From Hemiscyllium ocellatum (Eukaryota), in the NCBI RefSeq assembly GCF_020745735.1, contig NW_026867677.1, forward strand, positions 1 to 64,000: a stretch of 64,000 nucleotides of DNA, in the 5' to 3' direction. The position numbers and the translations under genes were made by a program. Positions 9,870 to 20,690 of the stretch are shown in pieces. Below the pieces are notes generated by a model. The model made no database searches. It was given only the letters and a program-made list of their open reading frames with translations, and had not been told where the DNA came from. Each line of letters begins with the position of its first letter. Within the stretch, counting starts at the first letter, position 1.

Positions 9870-12800
9870 CTTTAAGAAATAGGAGCTGAAATCAGCCATT
9901 CAGCCCATTGAATCTGCTCTGCCATTTGATCTTGGCAGATATGCTTCTCACCCCCATGCTCCTGCCTACTCCACAGGAACTTTCCATCCCCTTAACAATC
10001 ACGAACCTATCTATCTCTGTCTTAAATACACTCAGTGACTTGGCCTCCACTGCCCCCTGTAACAATGAGTTCCACAGATTCACCACCCTCCGGCTGAAGA
10101 AATTCCTCCTCATCTCAGCTTGAAAGGGTCAGCCCTTCAATCTGAGGCTGCGCTTTGGTTACCTCGTCTCTCCTGTTTTCGGAAACATCTTCTCCACATC
10201 CACTCTATCCAGGTCTATCTGTATTCTGCAAATTTCAATAAGATCCCTCCTCATCCTTCTAAACTCCATTGAGTACAGACCCAGAGTCCTTAACCATGCC
10301 TCATATGACAAGCCCTCCATCCTCAGGATCATTCTTGAAAACCCCTCCAATGCCAGCACATCGGTTCATAGAATATGGGTACCAAATCTGTTCACAATAT
10401 TCCAAATTCAGTCTGATCAGAGCCTTACACAGCCTCAGCAGTACATCTCTGCCTTTGTATTCTGGCCCTATTGAAACGAATGCTGATATTTCATTTACCT
10501 TCCCAAGCACAAACTGCACCTGCCTGTTCACCTTAAGAAAATCCTGAATGAGGTTTGTGCTTTAGATTTCCAAAGGCTTTCCTCATTTAGAAAATACCTC
10601 CACACCCTGACTCCATTGATTCCTGAAAGATCATCAAAAATGTCCCCACAATCTCCTCGGTGATCTCCTTCAGAAAACACTGATGTAATTCATCTAGTCT
10701 GGGTGAGTTATCCACACTCAGACATTTCAGCTTCCCCACTACCTCCTCCTTAGTAATGGCCACTGCTCTCACCTCTGTCCCCTGACAGTCTTGAAGTACT
10801 GGGACACTGCTGGTGTTTTCCATTGTGCAGACTGATGTAATGTATGTATTCAATTCCTCTGCTTTTTCTTCATTTCCTATTATTCTTTTTCCAATGTCTA
10901 TTTCTGCCTCCCTCTTCGTTTTTATATATCTGATGAAACTCTTGCAATCTTCTTTTGTATTACTGGCTCGCTTTCCCCCACATTTCACCTTCGGTACCCT
11001 GAATGTTTTGTTTTTAGTTATCCTCTACAGGTTTTTAAAGACTTCCTAATCCTCTGGCTTCCCACTATGTTCCACCACATTTTTTTTTTTGGTTTTATGC
11101 TGTCCTTGACCTCCCTCATCAGCCATGGTTACATTGTCCTCCCCTTGGTGTGTTTCTTCTTTTTTGGGATGAATTCCTACTCTACTTCCTGAATTACCCC
11201 CAGAAACTCTGCTGTTTGCTGCCACACCATCTTACCTGCTCGGCTCCCCTTCCAACCAACTCTGGCCAGCTCCTTCCTCACGCCTTTGTCGTTCCCTTTA
11301 CTCAATTGAAATACTGTTCCACCTGATTACAGCTTCTCCCTCTCAAACTACAGGGGGAATTCTATTGTATTATGGTCACTTATCCAGAGGGACACTTTCA
11401 TCTTCAGCTCACTCATCAAATTTGCCTCATTACACATCACTGAATCCAAAACTGCCTGTTCCAAACCACAAGCTGTTTCAAAAACCATCTCATAGACATT
11501 CCATGAAATCCTTTCTTTGAGAAGCGCTACCCAGTCCACCTTTTCATTGAAGTCTGCCCTGACATTTTGTTAAGACTTTTCTGTCTCCTGATTGATTTCC
11601 TTCCCCACACCCTGATTACGGCTTGGAAACCTGAACATAACTTGCATCAGATTCTTTATTTCTTACGGTTCCTCAACTCTCCCCCCACAGATTCTACACC
11701 TTCTGACTGTATCTTTCTTGGTATTGATTTAAAGTCATTTCTTACTAACAAGGCAACTCTTGTCCCTCTGCCCATCAGCCTGTCCTTTTGATAGGACATG
11801 TATCCTTGGATATTTACTTCCTAGCCCGGATCCCCTTACAGCCATGTCTCTGTGATACCCACAACATTGTACCTGCCAGTTTCAATCCGCACTACAAGCT
11901 TATTGTGTATATCTTGTGCATTTAAGTACAACACCCTCAGTCCTGCATTGACTGCCCTCCTTCTCATCATTGTTCCTCTTATCTGCTGTGCTTGACATTT
12001 GATTCCTGATCCCTTCCATGCTCTCAGTCCTATTACATCTTCTAGAATCTTTGCTAACCTCGCCTGAGCCCTCCTCCACTTTAACTAGTTTAAATTTCTT
12101 GGAAACTCAATTTACCTCGATTTGGGACATCACTTTGTCTCCCTTACTCGGAATGCTTCATGCATTTAGACACAAAGTATTTAAGTTTGATCTATTATTC
12201 ATTTTCCCTGCACTTTTATGGTTCCTTTGATATTCAAAAATTCCGTCCCTTCCTTTCATTTTTTGGTAACAATCAATCCCATCACTAACCAGCAATCCTA
12301 CCTTCTCCTTTACCTTCCATTTTCTCATTTTCCATCCAACTGAACCAAATTATTTTCTCTTTGGGTTGAGTTCAGGACAATATTTATCCTTGAACCAAAA
12401 TCATGAAGAATGCTCTTTGATCTTATTGCTTCCAGTGGGATCTTGCTGTGTAGAAATTGGCTGTCCCTTTCCTGAAATTGCAAAATTCACTGGTTTTGAA
12501 ACAAAATGTAAATATTTTGAGAGAGCCTGAGGTGCTGAGGGCTTGATTGAAACACAATTAGAGTCAGAGAGATGTACAGCACAGAAACAGACTCTTCGAT
12601 CTGACTCATCCATGTCAACCACAGAGACATAGAGTCATAGAATCAGAGAGATGTACAGCACAGAAATAGACCCACCTGTGTAACTTGGAAATGCCGACCA
12701 GATAACCTAAATTAATCTAGTCCCATTTGTCAGCATTTGGCCCATATCCTCCTAAAGCCTTCCTACTGATATACTCACCCAAATGCCTTTTAAATGTTAT

Positions 12801-13330
12801 CATACCAGCATCCACCACTTCCTCTGGCAGCTCATTCCAAAAATGTACCACCCTCGGCAGGAATAAGTTATGCCTTAGTTCCCATTTAAATCATTCTCCT
12901 GATACTTTCCACCTATGCCCTCTAGTTCTGGACTCCTTCACTCTGGCCAAAATATCTTCTTGTTTCACTTGATCAATGCCCCTCATTATGTTAGAAACCT
13001 CTATATGGACACTCCTCTGCCTCCAGCGATCCAAGGAAAATAGCCTCAGCCTATTCAGCCTCACCAGATCGCACAAACCCTCCAACTTGGCAACATCCTT
13101 GGAAATCTTTTCTGAACCATTCTAAGGTTACCAACATTTTTCCTACAGCAGGGAGGCCAGAATTCCACACAGTATTCCAAAAGGGGCCAAACTAATGTCC
13201 TGTACAGGTGCAACAGCTCCCAACTCCAATACTCAATGCATTGCCCAATAAAGGAAAGCATACCAAATGACTTTGTCACCCCCCTACCTACCTGCAACTC
13301 CACTTTCAAGGAACTAATCTTTTTTGGGAT
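9870..13330 (-). mobile_element. Further CR1 LINE copies filling the J-C intron
   Basis: Minus-strand fragments RRNFFSRRVVNLWNSL, KALIRLNLEYCEQIWYPY, KEDCKSFIRYIKTKR...EELNTYITSVCT, RTLVWPLLEYCVEFW. Confidence 0.85.
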
Positions 13331-13419
13331 GAACTGGGTGTCTTTCAGTTGTGCTTTTTCTAATCACCCTGCTCAGAAACAAACTTCTTGCTTTCACTCG
13401 CAACTAAAAATAAGATAAA

Positions 13420-13752
13420 GGAGGTGATGATTTAATGGTACTATTGCTGAGCTGTTCATCCAGAGATCCAGATTAATGTTCTGGGGGCCAGGGTTAGAAT
13501 CCTGTCACAGCAGATGGTGGAATGTGAATTCAATAAAAAAATCTGCAATTAAGTGTCGAATGATGACCATGAAACAATTGTTGATTGTCAGGAAAAGCCA
13601 TCTGATTCCCTGATGTCCTTTAGGGAAGGAAACTGCCATCCTTACCATGTGACTCCAGACCCACAGCGATGTGGTTGACTCTAAACTGCCCTATGGGTGA
13701 TTAGGGATGGGCAATGAATGCTGATCCTAGCAGTGACACTCACATCCCAAGA
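13420..13752 (+). mobile_element. tRNA-head SINE, second family (GACTCCAGACCCACAGC tail)
   Basis: tRNA-like head GGAGGTGATG...GGTTAGAATCC, body CAGATGGTGGAATGTGAATTCAAT. Further copies at 21605-21930 (-), 24110-24350, 27145-27335, 62285-62350 (-) and 63250-63595 (-). Confidence 0.8.
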
Positions 13753-13897
13753 TGCAATTTGAACAATGCCTGTTCTTTACTGGGGTTTGTTAGGTATTGG
13801 TTACAAATGTTCAAACGGATTATTTTGCCAGTGAATGTTCAGAGAGTTAAAATCCCTTTGAATAACAGGGATTAAAATTGTTTCTCTTGTCTTTCAG

Positions 13898-14226
13898 GCC
13901 GTGAGAACTCTCAGCCCAAGCTGACCCTGCTGCCCCCCTCCCCGGAGCAGGTCAATGCCAAGGGCACTGTCACCCTGGTGTGCCTTGCCAATCACTTCTA
14001 TCCCGATGAGCTGGAGGTGCAGTGGAAGAAGGATGGTGCAGTCATTTCGGACGGGGTTCAGACCAGTAACTACCTGCGAGCTTCGGACAGCACCTACAGT
14101 GTCAGCAGCCTGCTGACCCTCTCTGGGTCTGACTGGGAGTCTGACGCTCGCTTCTCCTGTGCCCTCACTCACGTGACCCTCCCCTCTCACCTCAGCAAGA
14201 GCATCAGGAGATCAGAATGTGTGTAG
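13898..14226 (+). CDS. IGKC: Ig kappa constant exon C1, intact reading frame
   Basis: TTTCAG acceptor at 13892-13897. Translation is (S)RENSQPKLTLLPPSPEQVNAKGTVTLVCLANHFYPDELEVQWKKDGAVISDGVQTSNYLRASDSTYSVSSLLTLSGSDWESDARFSCALTHVTLPSHLSKSIRRSECV*, a C1-set Ig domain with both domain Cys, the Trp and the penultimate inter-chain Cys. Confidence 0.97.
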
Positions 14227-14752
14227 GGTGTTCAAGACAGTCCACAGAGGAGACACAACTTTAAATAGAACAGGGCTGAGCTGGCAGGACAAAGGTCATC
14301 GTCAGCACTGAATTTCACCTCTCTTCCTTCTCAGGACTGGTTAGAGACATTTCCGAGGTTCAGGGGTTAAGGCAGGTTCATTGGGACACTGTAGATAGAG
14401 CTTTATGCTGTGTCAAACCCCATGCTGTCCCTGTTCTGGGAAAGTTTGATGGGGACAGAGTTGACTTGTGATGCCAAGTAAAATCTTTTGAAGTTGCTGA
14501 AGACTGTCAGCTGTACAAAACAATGTGAACCTCAGAATTCTCTGCCTCAGTAAACCAGATCTCCTTCCTGCTCAGCCACCAGTTCCAATTTAAGGTTTTG
14601 TCACTGTTTGAATTTACAGGATTCTCATGTTATTGAGAAATCCTCCACAAGTGTTTTCCTCAAGCTCCATTGTGGCTGTGAATTTGAGCAGCTTCCTCTG
14701 TCTGGGCTGTTAATTGCAGTCTGTTTTCTGTCAATGCCAATCTGGAAAGGGG

Positions 14753-14758
14753 AATAAA
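14753..14758 (+). terminator. Polyadenylation signal of C1
   Basis: AATAAA about 530 nt after the stop, conserved at the homologous position in all four C copies and followed by a GT/T-rich tract. Confidence 0.7.
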
Positions 14759-14974
14759 GATGAAGAAGATTCAGTCTCTGTCTCTGTGTGCTTTGAAGAT
14801 TGGCTACTCCATTCAGATGATTGGCTGCATTTCAGCATGGCATTGTCACAATTGGCTATTCGCCTGTCAATCAATGACACATCCATTGTAGAGGATACTG
14901 ACAGCCAATCATCAATCACTTTCAAATGATCCCTTTGATCTGGAATCATTGGAGGTTACAAGATTCCAAACAGA

Positions 14975-16355
14975 TTTCCATTAATGACTACCTGGACCAT
15001 CTCTGACACCACCCTCCCCTTCCTGGACCACTCCATCTCCATTAATGATGACCGACTTGACACTGACATTTTTTACATAACCCACCGACACCGAGGATTC
15101 CACCTCTTCCCAACCTACCTCTTGTAAAAATGCCATCCCGTATTCCCAATTCCTCCGCCTCTGCCATTTTGCTCCCAGTAGGACCAGTTCCACCACAGAA
15201 CACACCAGATGGCCTCCTTCTTTAGAGATCGCAATTAATTCCCACGTGGTCAAAGATGTGCTCCAACACATCTTGTCCACATCCCACCCTCTGCCCTCAA
15301 ACCCCACCCCTCCAACTGTAACAAGGACAGAATCCCCTGGTGCTCACCTTCCACCCTACCAACTTTCGCATTAACCACATCAACCGACGACATTTCCGCC
15401 AACTCCAAACGGACTCCACCACCAGGGATATATTTCCCTCCCCACCCATTCCTGCTTTCCGCAAAGACCGTTCCTCCGTGACTACCTGGTCAGGTCCACA
15501 TACCCCGACAACCCACCCTCCCTTCCTGGCACCCTCCCCTGCCACCGCATGAATTGCAAAACCTCTGCCCACACCTCCTCCCTCATCTCCATCTAAGGCC
15601 CCAAAAGAGCCTTTCACATCCATCAAATTGTTACCAGCACATCCACCAATATTATTTATTGTATCCATTGCACCCGATGCAGTCTCCTCTATATTGGGGA
15701 GACTGGACGCCTCCTTGCAGAGTGCTTTAGGGAACATCTCAGGGACAATCACACCAATCTTCCCCACTGCTCTGTGGCCCAACATTTCAACTCCCCCTCC
15801 CACTCTGCCGAGGACAGGCAGGTCCTGGGCTTCCTCCACAGCCGCTCCCTCACCACCCGACGCCTGGAGGAAGAACGCCTCATCTTCTGCCTCAGAACAC
15901 TTCAATCCCACGGAATCAATGTGGATTTCACCAGCTTCCTCATTTCCCCTTCCCCTACCTCACCCCAGCTCCAACCTTCCAGCCTCAGCACCATCCTCAT
16001 GGCCTGTCCTACTTGCTTATCTTCCTTTCCACCTTTCCACTCCACCCTCCTCTCTGACCTACCACCTGCATTCACCTATTGTACTCTTTGCAACCTTTCC
16101 CCACCCTCCTCTCTGACCTATCACCTCCATCCCCGCACCCATTCACCTATTGTACTCTATGCTACTTTCTCCCCAACCCCCTCTCATTTATCTCTCCACT
16201 CTGCAGGCACCCTGCTTCTATTCCTGATGAAAGGCTTTTGCCCAAAATGTTGATTTTCCTGCTTCTCGGATGCAGCCTGACCTGCTGTGCTTTTCCAGCA
16301 CCACTCTGATCTAGACTCTGGTTTCCAGCATCTGCGGACCTTGTTTTTAACCTAG
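14975..16355 (+). mobile_element. Penelope-like element (RT C-terminus, GIY-YIG endonuclease, hammerhead-bearing tail)
   Basis: 15650-15740 reads NIIYCIHCTRCSLLYIGETGRLLAECFREHL. The insertion is absent from the C2/C4 paralogous flanks. Candidate TSD AAACAGA at 14968-14974 and 16356-16362. Confidence 0.88.
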
Positions 16356-16658
16356 AAACAGAAAGTTGTGAGGACTCAATAATTACAATCTTAGGAACTC
16401 CCTCTTCACTCTGTGGTCCAGGCCTCAGGTGCTGGGATTGCACTCTGCACTCTTTGCTGCATGCTGGGTTGTTCCTGAAGTGATCTTAGGCCAATCACTG
16501 ACACTGCAGGTTGCATGTCCCTCTGAGTGCGAGTATACTACATAATGCTGGCTGTAGGTATCACTCTGAGTGTGGGTGTGTTATTTAGAGAGACACCTAC
16601 AGGCAGCATGGAGTGTGAGCATGTTACTCAGTGTTGCCTGACTCTCAGTGTTGCCTGT

Positions 16659-16660
<2 letters not shown>

Positions 16661-16692
<32 letters not shown>
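16661..16692. repeat. (GT)n microsatellite
   Basis: Pure GT run. Confidence 0.95.
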
Positions 16693-16696
<4 letters not shown>

Positions 16697-16720
16697 CTGC
16701 ATTGGCTGTAGGCAGTGCAA

Positions 16721-16936
16721 TGATTTGGAGATGCTGGTGTTGGACTGGGGTGTACAAAGTTAAAAATCACACTTATAGTCCAACAGGTTTAATTGGAAGC
16801 ACACTAGCTTTTGACGCTGCTTCATCAAGGGAGTGTCCTCCACAACCACCTGATGAAGTGGCGCTCCGAAAGCGAGTGTGCTTTTAATTAAACCTGTGGG
16901 ACTATAACCTGATGTTGTGTGATTTTTAACTTTGTA
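16721..16936. mobile_element. Inverted pair of Penelope-type tails with degenerate hammerhead motifs
   Basis: TACAAAGTTAAAAATCACAC...TTCATCAAGG faces CCTGATGAAG...GTGTGATTTTTAACTTTGTA across about a 20-nt spacer. Confidence 0.8.
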
Positions 16937-17181
16937 TCTCAATGAGTGTGAGTATGTTACTCTGTGCTGCCTGTCGGTGTCTCTGAGATATTTGTCTCTG
17001 AGGTATTTGTCTCCGAGTGATGGGGAGAGAATGGGTTTTGTGATGGGGATTGAAGATTAGGCTTTAATGTTGTCAAATTTCGGATGAAAAACAACTCAGT
17101 CTGAGATGGCAGCTCATTGAGGTGGCCAAGGTTAAAATCACACAACACCAGGTTATAGGCCAACAGGTTTCTTTGGAAGTA

Positions 17182-17212
17182 CAAGCTTTCAGAGCACTGC
17201 TCCTTCATCAGG
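17182..17212 (-). ncRNA. Minimal type I hammerhead ribozyme motif (Penelope-type tail)
   Basis: Minus strand CTGATGA-A-GGAGC AGT GCTCT-GAAA-GCTT-GTA: core boxes intact, stem II present, palindromic stem III. Confidence 0.65.
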
Positions 17213-18213
17213 CAGCTAGTGGGGCAGGATCATAGTTCACAGAATTTACAGTGAAATTGAGATGGCAGCTGAGAAAGGTGAATACTGAGAGTGTATTCTC
17301 AGTAAGGGAGGGATTTCAGAGGCAGTGCACACTGTGCTCCCTAATGTGCTCCCCAATTACAAGGGGATTTTTTGGAGCTGGGATCATTGCAGTAGTGGCT
17401 GTCTGCTCAGCCAATGCTGACTAGCCATAGTCGCATTTCAATGGTCAATTAGCTCTAAACTAGATGCAGTAATATTACCTTACAGGGAGGAGAGCAGTGA
17501 GTGAGGTTGAATTCTTGCAGCCCCAAGAGGGATTGCAGTGGATTAATGAAGGGTGCTACCACCATGAAGGTGCCACCTTCACTCCTCCTGCCTCAGCTGT
17601 TGTGACCCTCGGGTTAAACACACCACCAGTCATCTCTGTCTGTAATGAGCGAGTGGGACTATGCTCCTCTGGGATGATGTCCACTTTCCTGGTGCTGGAG
17701 GGAAGGAGAAAGTGAAGACTTCAGATGGTGGAGATCAGAGTCAAGGGTGTGTTGTTGGGAAACCAGAGCAGGTCAGGCAGCATCCAAGGAGCAGGATAAT
17801 CAATGCTTTGGGCATAAGCTCTTCATTAGGAATGGAAGGAAGGCCAATCTCTCCCAAAGGCAGCACAAGCTGGATCAAAGGGGCATCAAGAGTAAGCATG
17901 GGGAGATTGAGGGTGACAGAAGGAGGTGGTGGGTTGGCAGGTTGTTATTCAGAGTCAGGTCCCAGAGTATCAGTCCTTCTGACACTCCCCTTTTTATCTG
18001 TGAGCCAGGGCTCCCTGATTGGACAAAGTTAACAGCCCATCAAGGAACTTATATTTTATTGAAAAAGACATTTATCGAACAAGGAGCACAAGAGCTAAAC
18101 GAGACAAGACAAAATGAATGGTTTCATTACGAACATCATAAATGAGATTTGGGAAATAAGATGTTCATTCTGGGTGATGGGAATCTGGAATGGACTGTCA
18201 CAGACTCCACAGA

Positions 18214-18542
18214 CTGTCACAGTGAGGAAAAAGGCCATTTGGCCCAACAAGCCAACACCAACCCTCTGAAGACAGACTCCCTGAGACACATTCCCCTACC
18301 CTTTTACTCAACATCTCCCCTGACTGACAGATTCTTGATCACTGTGGCAATTTTAGAATGGCCAATTCACCTAACATGCTCATCTTTGGATTGTGGGAGG
18401 GAACTGGAGCACACGGAAGAAACCCACACAAACACAGGGGGAGCGTGCAAACTCCACAAAGACAGTCACGTCGGGCTGGAATCGAACCCAGGTCCCTGGT
18501 GCTGTGAGGCAGCAGTGCAAACCACTGAGCTACCATTCTGCA
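18214..18542 (-). mobile_element. HE1-like SINE
   Basis: Same consensus blocks as 8167-8478. Confidence 0.85.
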
Positions 18543-19879
18543 CATAAAGAACTGGAGCTTATGTTAAACTCCGTGAGCCTGACGTGAAATGAATTATAAA
18601 CACACAACCCTCTGTCAGGGAAGGTAGTGGAGGCTGGAAACCTTACAATATTTAAATATCATAACATGCAAAGATTTGGGATAAGTGCAGGAAATTGGGA
18701 TTAGAGTGCCTGTAGTGGTAGTTATGTCAGTGCAGACTCAATGGGCCAAAGGGCCTTTTCTGCGCTGTATCAATCTATGCTCCATGCTGAGAGGGCAGTG
18801 CAGGTTAATGGTGACTAGGTTAGAGAGTTCCAAGATGGCAATCAATGATCAAGGGTTAGAGGAAATGGCTCAAGCTTCAGTGAAGGCCCAAATAAGTGCT
18901 TGGGAGGAGGGTCAAGGCTAATGGAGGCACGGTCAATGGAGACTGAGCGAGAGCACAGGGTGCTGCCTGGCATCTCCAGGGCTTGTAGTGAGGCATGTGG
19001 GGACAAGAGGGGAGTGTGTAGGAAGGAAGTGCAGTTCCAGTTGAAATGCGATCTTTGCCAGCAACAGCATGACCGTCAGCACCAGGGGGTGTCCCTGACT
19101 GCGTCAGGCTCACTGGCTGCTCTCTATGTGATTCCACACAGCCACCCATGTGGTCACCACGCAAGATCTGGCTCTTGTCTACACTACTGTCTACACCACC
19201 ACCTGAAACTACCGTCTGGACCTTCTGTCTACAACACTAAGTGCTCCCACCGTCTGTACCCACTGTCTGCACCCAGCATCCACAGCCACAGTCTTGGCCC
19301 TCTGTTTGCACCCACCATCTACACCCACTGTCTACACCGCTGTCTGCTCCCTCCATCTACACCTCCCAACTTTCTGCTGTTGTAAGATTGTATCCAATTA
19401 TTCCATTGAGATTACTGCACCCGAAGCCTGAATTTTAGAACCGGCAATGATTGTCTTTTAGCCCTGACCTACAAAGTCTGTGTTCCATGTAATGGAAAAT
19501 AAACAAAATTAACATTTACTCTGAAATCTAAAAGACAGTACTTGACTAAAATTAAAACTTTCTGACACTTTGCTGAAGGATGCAGTCAAGGGACAGCTTC
19601 TCCCTGAGGAACTTTGTAAACATTTAACAAGAGAAAAATATAAGAACAGTCTATCCACAACAAGGGAATGAAAAGAAAAACAACTCAAATCTTCACAGTC
19701 TTTGTCCTTGAGAGTGTGATAAGAAACAGGATAAGGCGAATATCTGAATTATGCTCAGGCCCCTTGCACAAGGCATTTTGTCAAGTACATGTGGTCCCCC
19801 TGCAATACAAAGGTTAAAAAAAAATAAAGCTCTTTTTGGTTGCTCTTGCTAATAGTTGAGTTGAGCTGATTTAATTTCC

Positions 19880-20690
19880 ACAGTATTCCACAATGGGCTG
19901 AGTAATATTAATGACTGAATGCCATTTGACTTCTGTGATGGCAGGACTGATGTATAAGGAGAGGTTGAGTTGGTGAGGATTGTGTTCACTGGAGGTTAGA
20001 AGAATGAAGGAAGGGAACCTTGGAGAAAGCTGTAAAATTGGAACAGGACGAGACAAGTCAAATGGAGTAAGGATGTTCCCAATGGTGGGGAAGTCCAGAA
20101 CCAGGCTCATAGTTTAAGGTTAAGAGATAAACTCTACAGGACAGAGATGAGGAAAAATGTTTTCACCCAGAGAGTGGTGAGCCTGTGGAATTCTCTGTCA
20201 CAGAAAGTGGTTGAGGCCAAAACATTATTAGATTAGATTACTTACAGTGTGGAAACAGGCCCTTCGGCCCAACAAGTCCACACCGACCCGCCGAAGCGCA
20301 ACCCACCCATACCCCTACATTTACCCCTTACCTAACACTACGGGCAATTTAGCATGGCCAATTCACCTGACCCGCACATCTTGGACTGTGGGAGGAAACC
20401 GGAGCACCCGGTGGAAACCCACGCAGACACGGGGAGAACGTGCAAACTCCACACAGTCAGTCGCCTGAGGCGGGAATTGAACCCGGGTCTCAGGCGCTGT
20501 GAGGCAGCAGTGCTCACAGAGCCTTATGTTTCAAGGAGGTAGAAATAGCTCTTGAGGCTAAGGAACCAAGGCATACGGGGTAAGGAGGGATTACAGTAAT
20601 GTGCTCCATGATCAGCCACAATCATATTGAGTGGCAGAGCAGGCTGGAGGGGCCGATTGCCTACTCCTGCTCCTATCCTCTATGTTTCTA
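19880..20690 (+). mobile_element. CR1 LINE 3' fragment containing a young HE1-like SINE (20228-20514, -)
   Basis: CR1 3' sequence resumes on both sides of the SINE, and the SINE keeps most of its CpGs. Confidence 0.85.

Larger units (their letters stand above)
13690..18130 (+). repeat. Segmental duplication arm, inverted paralog of about 59700-62350 (C1 unit vs C4 unit)
   Basis: Shared SINE tail upstream of C, C exon, 3' UTR and downstream blocks (17030-17130 vs 60535-60650; 17430-17660 vs 60050-60240; 17840-18130 vs 59700-60020). Confidence 0.9.

Noticed and set aside
13507-13520. CTCF-like ACAGCAGATGGTGG
   Set aside because: Lies inside a high-copy SINE and has mismatches at key positions.
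19079-19092. CTCF-like GCACCAGGGGGTGT
   Set aside because: Three mismatches to the core consensus, a single copy, and no supporting paralog conservation.
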